64,000 nucleotides of DNA from an uncultured Gammaproteobacteria bacterium (GTDB lineage: Bacteria > Patescibacteriota > Patescibacteriia > Magasanikbacterales > GWA2-37-8), in contig CAZQUL010000001.1 of NCBI GenBank assembly GCA_964596525.1, forward strand, positions 460,830-524,829. The letters run 5' to 3'. The position numbers were made by a program, and so were the translations under genes. Each line of letters opens with the position of its first letter. Position 1 is the stretch's first letter. The notes under the pieces are model-generated. The model saw only the letters and a list, made by a program, of their open reading frames with translations. It did not search any database and was not told the origin of the DNA. Below are positions 29,551 to 40,405 of the stretch, in pieces.

Positions 29551-29829
29551 GGTGTGTGCCTCCGAATATTTGGGGAAATGAGCGTATCAAACGCGAAGTT
29601 TTCGCGGCTGGTACGGTCATTCCATCGTGCGTATTTAACAAATAACTATACCATAAAAACGGGGTTTTGTCAAGCATCTTTAATCGCTAGATATTAAAAA
29701 TGCACTCTTTAATAAAGAGTGCATTTTTAGCGCCGTTTCTCGGTAGACTGCTTTTGAAAAGTACTTGGTACTTGGCAAAAGAAGGGGGTCTACCGAGAAG
29801 GGGTGGTAGAAAGGGAGGGTGAAAAGGTG

Positions 29830-30441
29830 CTACTGGGTGGAGAAGGTCAGGAGCGGGCCTGTGGCGAAGGGCTTATCGGAAGGGCTGGACATCAGCGTCC
29901 ACGACCCTCCGGACTGTGTGCGGTACTTGGCGTTGACCAGGTCGACGCGAAGCGTTTCCTGGGCGTATGAGCCGTCATTGAGGCGCAGGTCCCCCATGAC
30001 GAGCCCAAACTCTGCGGTTTCGCCGGGGTACAACCCTACCCCGAAGTTTGTCTCACCGTTGACGAAGTAGCCGCGGCCACCATTCGGATCCCCGGTGTCG
30101 CCGGCAAAAGCGCCGTTCTGTCTCATGATCCTCCGGATCGAGAAGGAGTTCTCGGTCCGCTCGGCCAGGCTGCCGCTCACCTTGTAGATGAGTCCCAGCT
30201 GCACGCCGGGCTTCGCGTCGCACGACGTGGCCGGCGGAATGGTGATGCGTACCGTATTGACCCCGGCCAGGTCGTGGTAGATGACGTCTTTGGTGCCCAG
30301 GGTCTCGACGTGCTCGAGGATGGGCTGGCAGTTCGGGACGCCGGGAGCGATGTAGGTGTCGGTGGTGTCGCTCTCGGGCAGGCCGCAGGCGTTGGTGGTC
30401 AGGGCGAGAAAGGCCAGGGCGAACAGCGAATTCGTGCGCAT
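29830..30441 (-). CDS. hypothetical lipoprotein
   Basis: SD GGAGG; signal peptide ending NACG; own promoter at 30508-30536; GC-rich third codon positions. Confidence 0.75.
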   Translation of the reverse strand: MRTNSLFALAFLALTTNACGLPESDTTDTYIAPGVPNCQPILEHVETLGTKDVIYHDLAGVNTVRITIPPATSCDAKPGVQLGLIYKVSGSLAERTENSFSIRRIMRQNGAFAGDTGDPNGGRGYFVNGETNFGVGLYPGETAEFGLVMGDLRLNDGSYAQETLRVDLVNAKYRTQSGGSWTLMSSPSDKPFATGPLLTFSTQ

Positions 30442-30597
30442 GGTCGGTTCCTCCAGGGATGCGGTTTGTCGATGATCCGGCGCTAATCTTAGCGCTTTCT
30501 GTGTATAAGTATACCATATTTTGATGCTTTTGTCAAGATATGCACGCAGTAGTCTAAAACTGGTTTTTGATATGAAAAAAGCGGCCGAAAAGGCCGC

Positions 30598-30780
30598 CTA
30601 GCTGCGTCGCCGTACCAGGCGATGGTGAAAGAAGGTGTAGAGGGCAAACAGGGCGGCGAGCGGGTAGCCGATATAGGGAAAAAGCGGATGTGTGATGATG
30701 CCGTCGGAGCGGAGCGTGCCAACGGTGCCGCCCGTAAAGGCGCCGACTAGGAGAGCGGTACAAATCCGGATAAGGAGCAT
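30598..30780 (-). CDS. small 2-TM hypothetical protein
   Basis: GAGG SD, hydrophobic ORF with basic tail, terminator-like hairpin after the stop. Confidence 0.5.
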   Translation of the reverse strand: MLLIRICTALLVGAFTGGTVGTLRSDGIITHPLFPYIGYPLAALFALYTFFHHRLVRRRS

Positions 30781-30892
30781 GGTTCAAAACCTCGCGTGGT
30801 TGTGGTTATCGGGAAGCTCGTTTACTATACTGAGACCGCACCAAAAAGAAAAGCCGCGTCGTGAGACGGGCTCTGGTGGCACTTGTGCTTGA

Positions 30893-31210
30893 TCAGGCGG
30901 GGTAGTTCAGGCTGGGTCGCGCGTCGTCGAAGCGGCAGTGCAGCGTCTTGGGTGGGCGACGGCCGGGTCTCTTCGTTAGATCGGTCTCGATGTCCTCGAG
31001 ATCGACGGCATATTTATCTGCGGCCAGTCGATCGTCGAGCCACGAGAAGAAATCGCGCGGGTCTTTGCCTGCATCAACGGCGGGCTGGAGTTCCTCCTTA
31101 TGCCATTCTTCGTACAGCAGGATCTCTCTCCATACGAAAGGCCATTCCCACGGCCGTTCCGGGAGTTCGACGCTCGATGGGTGCGCGAGAGATATTAGGA
31201 AATAGCACAT
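30893..31210 (-). CDS. hypothetical protein
   Basis: GAGG SD upstream; acidic, Trp-rich ORF. Confidence 0.55.
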   Translation of the reverse strand: MCYFLISLAHPSSVELPERPWEWPFVWREILLYEEWHKEELQPAVDAGKDPRDFFSWLDDRLAADKYAVDLEDIETDLTKRPGRRPPKTLHCRFDDARPSLNYPA

Positions 31211-31282
31211 GTTTTATTTTCCTCGTTTTTGGTTACAGAGCGTATGAAACACGACGAGTAACTAAACAAGGTACCACATAGT

Positions 31283-32617
31283 ATGCTCAAAGTCAAGCCT
31301 ATCATTTTTATTACTATTCCGACTCTCCTAGTCATCTTATTTTTTTCGCTGCCGTGGCAAACACGGTATATTTTTTCATACGGTACCATCGGTGAGTATC
31401 CGGTCGAATGGCTCACGAGGAGCGTGTACGGAACCGAACTGTTGGGATGGTTGATCGTTATCGGTACGATTGTTGTGCATCGGAATCGGTTGTGTAGTTT
31501 GGTGAGGAGCGTCATTCATCAGTGTAGAAATTTGTGGTTGGGCGTGATAAGCGCGTTGAGCGTGGCCGCAGCTTGTTTGTTCAGTTCATCGTTTGGTCTG
31601 AGCGTTTGGTACGTGGCACGTTTTGTTCTCGTAATTGGAATTATTGCGAGCGTGTATTTTTTTTCCGAAAAAAAGGTCTGGTTCTACCGTGCATTTTTTG
31701 CGAGCGGGGTAGTGCAGGGTATCGTGGCGATCATTCAGTTTTTTACGCAGCAAGTGTGGGCTTCGAAGTGGCTCGGTATGGCCGAGCAGCTACCTTCGAC
31801 GCTCGGTACGGCAGTGATCGAGAATGCAGATGGTCGCTGGCTTAGGGCCTATGGTTCGTTCGGCTGGCCGAACGCGCTTGGTATCTATGTGGCGTTTGTT
31901 CTGATTATAGGATTTATCCTCTTGTCGCAATCCCGCCAAACCCGGCATCGTCTGCTGATCGTTGCGGGCGAGATGATCGTTGCAACGGGGCTTTTTCTCT
32001 CGTTTTCGCGCGGGGCATGGGTAGCGGCCGTAGCGGGAGTCGGGTTGTTTTTTATTGTCCGGTGCCGACAAGAATCGTGGCGCTCCGTTGTGCAAAATTA
32101 TGCGGCAGTAAGCGGAGGAATACTTTTAGTATTCATCGGTTTTTTTGTCGTTAACAAGCCGCTGCTCATCACGCGCTTTACGGCTACAAATAGACTCGAA
32201 AGTCGATCGCTCGCGGAGCGATCTAGCCAATATAAAGAGGCGTTTACTTTGTTTAGGAAACACCCGTGGTTTGGTGTCGGGCCGGGAGCGTACATCGTTG
32301 CTTCCCATGACCGATGGTTCACGGTGGCGCCGCAACCGGTACATAACATATTTGTTTTGTTGTTGGTTGAGTGGGGGGCCGTTCCGTTGGTTTGTGCAGT
32401 ATCTGTAATTTTTAAAAAGGCCTGGCCGTACCGAAAAAAAATTGTACACATCCTTCCGTTTATGGCGGTTGGAGTTGTGGCCGGACTCTTCGATCATTGG
32501 CTTGTGAGTTTGTATAGCGGTCTTGTGACGAGTGCTGCAGTAATCGCGTTTATGCTTCTAGAATTAAAAGAGCCTCGCGAAAAACGCGAGGACTCGGGAG
32601 GGGGTGGCTGGCGTTAA
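31283..32617 (+). CDS. O-antigen ligase family membrane protein
   Basis: Multi-TM; RAYGSFGWPNALG, SFSRGAW, HPWFGVGPG, PVHN. Confidence 0.85.
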   Translation: MLKVKPIIFITIPTLLVILFFSLPWQTRYIFSYGTIGEYPVEWLTRSVYGTELLGWLIVIGTIVVHRNRLCSLVRSVIHQCRNLWLGVISALSVAAACLFSSSFGLSVWYVARFVLVIGIIASVYFFSEKKVWFYRAFFASGVVQGIVAIIQFFTQQVWASKWLGMAEQLPSTLGTAVIENADGRWLRAYGSFGWPNALGIYVAFVLIIGFILLSQSRQTRHRLLIVAGEMIVATGLFLSFSRGAWVAAVAGVGLFFIVRCRQESWRSVVQNYAAVSGGILLVFIGFFVVNKPLLITRFTATNRLESRSLAERSSQYKEAFTLFRKHPWFGVGPGAYIVASHDRWFTVAPQPVHNIFVLLLVEWGAVPLVCAVSVIFKKAWPYRKKIVHILPFMAVGVVAGLFDHWLVSLYSGLVTSAAVIAFMLLELKEPREKREDSGGGGWR

Positions 32618-32988
32618 GGTGCCGGGCCGCAGAACAGTTCGGCGGTGCGCGGTGGCGGAAGCTTGTCGGGGTTGGAAAAGTTACCGCCGTTGCAGAGATA
32701 GCTCGCTTCGGCGAGCACGCTCTGGCCGCGCCGGCAGCTCAGGTAGCCGCGCTCACTGTCGCTGCTACTTACGCTCGCGGCTGCCCGCACATTATCTTCG
32801 GCGTTTTTGGCGTACAATCGGCAGTCCAGCTTGGCTGATGTGCCGATTGCGATCGCCTGCGGCGAGTCTTCGCCAGCGATGACGGGTGGCAGGAACCAGG
32901 TGAGGCTCGCGGCCACGATGCCGATAGAAAGAGCTTCGGCAAGCTTGAGGTGCGAATGAATCCGGGTAGTGAGTGAGCGGTTGCGCAT
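32614..32988 (-). CDS. hypothetical secreted Cys-containing protein
   Basis: SD AAGGAG; N-terminal hydrophobic segment; 4 Cys. Confidence 0.6.
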   Translation of the reverse strand: MRNRSLTTRIHSHLKLAEALSIGIVAASLTWFLPPVIAGEDSPQAIAIGTSAKLDCRLYAKNAEDNVRAAASVSSSDSERGYLSCRRGQSVLAEASYLCNGGNFSNPDKLPPPRTAELFCGPAP

Positions 32989-32999
32989 GACTCTCCTTC

Positions 33000-33521
33000 T
33001 TACATTTCCATGGCGATGAACTCAAGATACCGGCTATCGATCCGGTTTTGCACCAGATCGGCATCCGTTGTGCTGAGAGAAATGAACGGGATGCGTCCGT
33101 AGAGCGCTTTCTCGCCGTGCGCTTCAAGCGGAATGCAGAACAGTTCATGCGCAAAGCTCCCTTTGCGGTAGGCGAGTTTGGTTCCCCAGGGGCAGTCAAC
33201 CGCGATCTTGAATGACGGTCCGGCGCCGAACCATTGGATGTATGCTTCGGCGTATTTGAGAGGGCCGTTTGTTCGGAAAATGCGCGAATTGTGCAGGATC
33301 GGCAGTCCGATCGGCGGTTTTTCGGCCAAGGTTCTGGGTGGTGTCACCGTCTGCGCATCCAGATCCTCAGTCGGTACGAATTCCTCGAGCTTGGCAAAGT
33401 CGTGAATTTTGGTGCTAAACGGCTCCACCATGCCAATCGGCAGGGGTGGCAGCGGGCGCTGGGTAGTTACGCACCCGGTCAGCACGGTAAGGCTGAAAAG
33501 AGCGGTTTTCAATCGATACAT
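33000..33521 (-). CDS. hypothetical lipoprotein
   Basis: Start refined to the ATG after SD AAGGAGG; lipobox LTGC. Confidence 0.7.
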   Translation of the reverse strand: MYRLKTALFSLTVLTGCVTTQRPLPPLPIGMVEPFSTKIHDFAKLEEFVPTEDLDAQTVTPPRTLAEKPPIGLPILHNSRIFRTNGPLKYAEAYIQWFGAGPSFKIAVDCPWGTKLAYRKGSFAHELFCIPLEAHGEKALYGRIPFISLSTTDADLVQNRIDSRYLEFIAMEM

Positions 33522-33561
33522 GGGCAGGTACCTCCTTGGGTTAACTAGCATGCTGGCATAC

Positions 33562-33638
33562 TTATGCACAGTTGTCAATATTATGACGGGATAACTGATA
33601 AACGATGGGGATAACGTTATACACAGCAGTGTGGATAA
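33562..33638. promoter_or_regulatory. cluster of DnaA-box-like 9-mers
   Basis: TTATGCACA 33562, TGGGGATAA 33606, TTATACACA 33617, TGTGGATAA 33630. Confidence 0.55.
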
Positions 33639-33656
33639 GGCGGGGAAAAGTTTTTC

Positions 33657-33720
33657 TTGACACTATCGCGTGGTTGGTTAGAATGGGGATAAATTATCAC
33701 TCGAAATGCATGAGTGATAA
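33657..33720 (+). promoter_or_regulatory. groESL promoter with CIRCE-like (HrcA) operator
   Basis: TTGACA-16-TAGAAT, then TTATCACTC-N9-GAGTGATAA (33694-33720) versus canonical TTAGCACTC-N9-GAGTGCTAA. Confidence 0.85.
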
Positions 33721-33805
33721 ATCATGGATTGATCTAGTTGTTGGGTATTAGGAATTAGCACTTTAATTCCTAATTACTAATATCTAATTACTAATATCTA
33801 GGATT

Positions 33806-34096
33806 ATGCCCACCATCCGTCCCTTGGGTAACCGCGCGCTCGTGGAACCCGTCCAGGAAGAAGAAGTAACCTCGTTCGGGATCGTGCTCCCGGAAACCGC
33901 CGGCAAAGAAAAGAAAGGCCAGGGTAAAATTTTGGCCCTTGGTAATGGTGAAGATCTTGCCAAGCTCAACCTCAAGATCGGCGACATGGTCGTCTACGAA
34001 AAGTGGGGTGGCGAGGAAGTGAAGATGGGGAAGGGGAAAGAAGAGAAGGAATATAAAGTGTTGAATCACGATAAGATTTTGGCGGTCGTTGAATAA
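33806..34096 (+). CDS. groES: co-chaperonin GroES
   Basis: IRPLGNR, GIVLPETA, ILAVVE. Confidence 0.96.
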   Translation: MPTIRPLGNRALVEPVQEEEVTSFGIVLPETAGKEKKGQGKILALGNGEDLAKLNLKIGDMVVYEKWGGEEVKMGKGKEEKEYKVLNHDKILAVVE

Positions 34097-34104
34097 CATC
34101 ATGT

Positions 34105-35881
<1,777 letters not shown>

Positions 35882-36017
35882 GGTGTAGGTCGTAGGTGCG
35901 TGGGAAGTAGAATTTAGATATATCTGCGCATTCCGTTTCCAGGTACATCAAAAAGCAGAAAGAGTTCTCGTTGTGAGAGCTCTTTTTGTTTTGTAGTTAG
36001 CGGGTCTCCTAAACACC

Positions 36018-36142
36018 GTCATTGCGAGGAACGAGGCACGAGCGACGAAGCAATCCCTCGGTAACTCAGAGTCCGCTCTGATATCAAGGGGATTGCTTTC
36101 CCGATCTAATCGGGACGGGCTGTCGTTCCTCCTCGCAATGAC
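36018..36142 (+). repeat. palindromic repeat element, copy 3 (with nested CCCGAT-CTA-ATCGGG hairpin)
   Basis: GTCATTGCGAGG...CCTCGCAATGAC termini. Confidence 0.9.
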
Positions 36143-36216
36143 AAGCTTTTTGAGTTCGTATGTGCTTCTATTGACGTGATATTATATTTTGGTTTACAAC
36201 CAGGGCGGAGGTAAAC

Positions 36217-36672
36217 ATGAGAAAGAGGTTGGTAGGTATTATGTGTGGTTTGGCTTTGATCGTTACCGTACCGTTCGTACATGCGGTTGCGCCGGAACGA
36301 CTCCCGGCCAACGCGGTAACGTTGGCGTTGACCAAGCCGCCAACTAAGCTGCCAAATTTTTCCGCCGCGGTTGATCGTTGGCCGCAGGAATCGGTGTGGA
36401 AGCTCTGTCCGCCAGGGCATATCATCGCGGCGTATAACGTGGGTCGACAGCGAGTCGATATCCGGGTGGATCGTCCGGCGCCGTCACGGGTATACTTGGC
36501 CTGTGTAGATGATTACACCGGCGTGCTCAATGTCGCCAAAGTTTCGCGCGTGATGTGCCAAGACCGAGAGGCGAACGTATGGGAATACGTGTGGAAGAAT
36601 CGTCCGTCCAAGCGGTCGTGGAGTAAAGAATACGTCTGTTCGGTCGGTAAGCCGCCGCTGGCGGAGTGGTAA
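36217..36672 (+). CDS. hypothetical secreted protein
   Basis: SD GGAGGT; signal peptide ending VHA; 4 Cys in the mature part. Confidence 0.7.
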   Translation: MRKRLVGIMCGLALIVTVPFVHAVAPERLPANAVTLALTKPPTKLPNFSAAVDRWPQESVWKLCPPGHIIAAYNVGRQRVDIRVDRPAPSRVYLACVDDYTGVLNVAKVSRVMCQDREANVWEYVWKNRPSKRSWSKEYVCSVGKPPLAEW

Positions 36673-36767
36673 ATAGGGTTACTCAGTGCTTTATCCCGCG
36701 CTAGTATTGACAAAGTAGCCGAGGCATGTCTTCTTAATATGCGCCACTACAAGGCGAGGTGCCGTAC

Positions 36768-37274
36768 ATGAACTTTTACAGAGCCCTGAAGATTGCGGTC
36801 ATGGGTGGGTTTCTGGCGCTCTTTGGCGGCGGGGCCGTTTCTCTGGCCAAGCCGAGCGGGCGAGAGCGGCTGCCGAAAGCAATCCTGCTCATCCCTGGTG
36901 ACCCAATTTTTTCGACCTTCACCCATGTGTGCCGGCGTTTCAGCTATTCCATTCCCTTCGTGGGCCCGGATGAGCGCCCGGACTACGGACCGATTTACCC
37001 TGGCCCACACCACACCATGGTGCGCTGCGGCGCGGATGAGAACATTGCCGAATTCTGCTCCCATGCGGTCGAGCGCGGTGAGGACTACGATCCTGACCTG
37101 TGTGGACCCGATTTCGTATCTCGGACTGGCGGCGTACGGATTTTCCCCCAGCTTCCGGCGGCAGACATTCAGTGTGACGGCGTGCTCTTTCGCAACCCGG
37201 AAGTAATCCGTGGCAGGGCGACCCATACCGTCTATGAGTGCCTCCCGTTTCCGGAGATGACCGCGTCGCGTTAG
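36768..37274 (+). CDS. hypothetical secreted Cys-containing protein
   Basis: GAGGT SD; signal peptide ending SLA; 6 Cys; terminator AAGCCCTATG..CATAGGGCTTTT. Confidence 0.65.
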   Translation: MNFYRALKIAVMGGFLALFGGGAVSLAKPSGRERLPKAILLIPGDPIFSTFTHVCRRFSYSIPFVGPDERPDYGPIYPGPHHTMVRCGADENIAEFCSHAVERGEDYDPDLCGPDFVSRTGGVRIFPQLPAADIQCDGVLFRNPEVIRGRATHTVYECLPFPEMTASR

Positions 37275-37438
37275 TCGACCTGTCGGTTCCAAGCCCTATG
37301 TCCGCATAGGGCTTTTGCAATTTTTAACCTTGTAATTAAGCCATTTTTTACCGAAATGCACTGCTCATATTGACCACCATGCCGTTTATATGGTGTGCTA
37401 ATGCCCAGTTTTCCACCTCTGAAACTGGGAGGTTCGTA

Positions 37439-38071
37439 ATGAGTACAATCGAGATTGGTGAGTTTGAGGCGCTCAAGCGAAGCGTGGGAAATATTGATTT
37501 GATCTTAAGAGGAGAACGGTTTGGTTGCCTGAAGTGCATGGCCATCGCGCATATTGATGTGGTCCGCGATAAGATGGCCGGTGTCAAGAATTTGCAGGAG
37601 GAAACCTGGAATTGCCCGCTGTGCCAGCACGAACTCGCGCGTTTCGGCGTGCCGGAGCTGCGTGGGGTGGGACTCAGCCGCGATCATCTGCTGCGGCTCA
37701 GGCGCCGGCTCCTTCCTGACCAGTCCGTTGTCCAGACGTTCTCCGCCGCTGATTTGGCGGCCGCCCGGCGCGCGATGCGCGAGAATATGCTCGAGGTGCT
37801 TTCGAGCGCCTACGTGGCCTGCTGCCGCTGCCAGATCATTATCAAGGGACGGTCGGTAAATTTTTCTCCCGGCACAGGGCCCAAGAATATCCCTACCGCG
37901 CTATGCCCCGCATGCGAGACTCCGGCCATTCTTCCACCCACCGAGAGTCGAGCGCTCAGCTTCGACCTCGTCGAAGCGCTGCACCAGCGGTTTTTTGTTC
38001 ACCGTCCACCGGTTACGCTGCAAGGGACGTGGAATTACCTGCGCAAATTCTGGAGCTGGCTGCGCGCCTGA
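37439..38071 (+). CDS. hypothetical protein with four CxxC motifs (two putative Zn ribbons)
   Basis: SD GGGAGG; CLKC, CPLC, CCRC, CPAC. Confidence 0.7.
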   Translation: MSTIEIGEFEALKRSVGNIDLILRGERFGCLKCMAIAHIDVVRDKMAGVKNLQEETWNCPLCQHELARFGVPELRGVGLSRDHLLRLRRRLLPDQSVVQTFSAADLAAARRAMRENMLEVLSSAYVACCRCQIIIKGRSVNFSPGTGPKNIPTALCPACETPAILPPTESRALSFDLVEALHQRFFVHRPPVTLQGTWNYLRKFWSWLRA

Positions 38072-38181
38072 AGGAAAGACCTGTGGGTCTGGCATATGCC
38101 AGACCCTTTCGTTTTTAAAAATTAAAAAAGCGACATACCCCCGAAGGGATGATGTCGCTTGTGAGCTTTAAGCTCGTCAGA

Positions 38182-40029
38182 TCAAGGCTTGGTCGGCTCG
38201 GTCGACGCGGTGGCGTCGAGCCACCATTGCGACGGCTGGTTCGGCGTAGAAGCAGCCGGAACCGGCGTCACCTCTGTAGAAGAAGCCTTCGCGTTGGTGC
38301 TGCTGTTCTTCTTGATGTCATTCCCGGAAGGAACGACGCTCTTGAGGAAGCGCAGGCTCGCCCAGAGCACCAGGGCCGGCAGGAAGGATGTCACGACCAG
38401 GATCGCGAAGAATTCGTGATTCGGGATCTTGGTCCAGAGCTTGCCGAGCAGCCCGCAGAGGAAATTTCCAATGCAGGTGGAGAACATCCAGACGCCCATC
38501 ATGATTCCCTCACGGCCCTTCGGTGCCATCTTCGTCACGGTGGAGAGACCCATCGGCGACACGTGCAGCTCGCCGAGCGTGATGATGAAGTAGCAGCCGA
38601 TGAGCCAGAGCGGACTCACCTTGCCGGTGTTGCCACCGGCGAGCGAGGCTCCGACCATCACCGCGTAGCTCAGGCCGGTGAGGACCATGCCGATGCCCAT
38701 CTTGGCCGGCGTCGACGGCTCCATCTTCCGCTTCCTCAGGTACGCGTAGAACCGGTTCAGCGGACCCGTGAGGGTCACGATGAAGAACGGGTTCACGGCG
38801 TTGTAGATGAAGGGGCCGACGGTGTACGCCACGACAGGGACGGTGTAGGCGCGGGTGTTGTTGTCCGCCCAGAACGCGAGAACGTTGCCGTTCTGGTGGA
38901 AGGCCATCCAGAAAAATATGATGACCCCGGCCAACAGGCAGATGGCGAGGATCTTCAGGCGGGCGAGGGCGGGGTTGGACTCCTCCTCCTTCTGAACGAC
39001 GAGGTTCGCCGTCAGGTTGGAGGCGGCTCGCTCGAGCCAGGGGCGCGTGGCGAGCGCGATGATGAGAGCGAAGACCATGCCGATGCCTGCGCCGTTGAAG
39101 GCCCAGGTCCAGCCGTAGCGCGTCTGCATCACATCGGCCACGATCGGAGCGAAGAATGCTCCGACGTTGATGCCCATGTAGAAAATCGAGAAGCCCGCGT
39201 CACGGCGCGGATCGCCCTGCAGGTATAGAGCGCCCACCTTGTTCGACATGTTGGGCTTGAACAGCCCGTTGCCGATCACGATGAGCCCCATGCCGAGCCA
39301 CACATGCCACATCGCGCCCTGGCCGAGGGTGAAATAGCCAAGGCCCATGAGCACGATGCCCATGTAGATGGGCTTGTTGCGGCCGAGCCACTTGTCGGCA
39401 GCGTAGCCGCCGCCGAGCGGGGTAAAGTAGACGCCAGCATTGAACACGCCGTAGAACATGCTCGCGTCCGCGGCCGAGAGGTGGAAGTAGTTCTTCAGGT
39501 AGAGGCTGAAGAGCGCGATCATGGTATAGAACCCGAACCGCTCCCACATCTCGATGAAGAAGATGATGTAGAGGGCGCCGGGCTGCTTGGAGTTGTTGCC
39601 TCCGTCGCCAGGGCCACCCTCGGCCACCTTGTCCCACTCTAGCGGATGCGAGCCGCTCTCCGATGTATTTCTGGCGTTCGTGCTCGTCATCATGCAGATC
39701 AGGAGATGCAGGAACGGCGTCGAGCTCGGTTCGATGCGTGAGCAGAGGTTCTGCCAGACGCGCTTGGGGAGCGTCACCAGGAAATCCACAGCAGCCGCCG
39801 TTGAGGCGGTGTGCTCAAACACGAATGTGCTGGCCGTGCGCAAGATGCGCTGCAGTGCCGAGCGACGAAGGAAATCCCCCGCCGCCTGCACCGCCTTGTA
39901 GAGCTTTCCGTCCAGGCAGGCGAAGACAGCAATGAAGGGGGTCAGGAAGGCCATGACGGCCCGCTCGACAGCCTTGCTACCAGCATGCTCGTACGGAAAC
40001 AGGTTAGGGGACAACGTCGTCGCGTGCAT
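38182..40029 (-). CDS. POT/PTR family proton-dependent oligopeptide MFS transporter
   Basis: EMWERFGFY, GGYAADKWLG, GNGLFKPN, FYMGINVGAF, ELHVSP; start uncertain because of a long N-terminal extension. Confidence 0.92.
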   Translation of the reverse strand: MHATTLSPNLFPYEHAGSKAVERAVMAFLTPFIAVFACLDGKLYKAVQAAGDFLRRSALQRILRTASTFVFEHTASTAAAVDFLVTLPKRVWQNLCSRIEPSSTPFLHLLICMMTSTNARNTSESGSHPLEWDKVAEGGPGDGGNNSKQPGALYIIFFIEMWERFGFYTMIALFSLYLKNYFHLSAADASMFYGVFNAGVYFTPLGGGYAADKWLGRNKPIYMGIVLMGLGYFTLGQGAMWHVWLGMGLIVIGNGLFKPNMSNKVGALYLQGDPRRDAGFSIFYMGINVGAFFAPIVADVMQTRYGWTWAFNGAGIGMVFALIIALATRPWLERAASNLTANLVVQKEEESNPALARLKILAICLLAGVIIFFWMAFHQNGNVLAFWADNNTRAYTVPVVAYTVGPFIYNAVNPFFIVTLTGPLNRFYAYLRKRKMEPSTPAKMGIGMVLTGLSYAVMVGASLAGGNTGKVSPLWLIGCYFIITLGELHVSPMGLSTVTKMAPKGREGIMMGVWMFSTCIGNFLCGLLGKLWTKIPNHEFFAILVVTSFLPALVLWASLRFLKSVVPSGNDIKKNSSTNAKASSTEVTPVPAASTPNQPSQWWLDATASTEPTKP

Positions 40030-40405
40030 AGGTCACCTCCGCTTTACTTCAAACTCCTTCATAGCCGGGAAGAGCTGTCCGCTTAGCAGCACTATGCTGC
40101 GTACGGACACCGCCTTCCCGACTATGACTCGTGATCTGAATTGTCAAAGATGTTTCGTAAAAATATCGTGTTGCTCTCTTTGGAGCAACGAGCTACACTA
40201 GCAGTTTTTTGTGCCCAAGTCAAGACCATTTGTGACTTATTTTTATGCTTTTTCACGTTAGCTATGCTCTCCATACTTCAGTAAACGGCGTTTTTACGCA
40301 AGTACAGCGGGGATAAACTATCTAACGATCCTTCATACTCCGTGTGTACGCCTTGTCCGCCCCTTTCTTGCGTGCTACACTAGGCTCATTCTCACTCCTG
40401 TTTTT

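Noticed and set aside
29702-29722. GCACTC-N9-GAGTGC resembling a CIRCE core
   Set aside because: The outer TTA/TAA arms are missing, the spacer is itself palindromic, it has A/T tails, and it is not before a heat-shock gene; a terminator is more likely.
33540-33800. Definite oriC call
   Set aside because: There is no dnaA/dnaN nearby and major core genes are on the + strand on both sides; it is kept only as a DnaA-box cluster.
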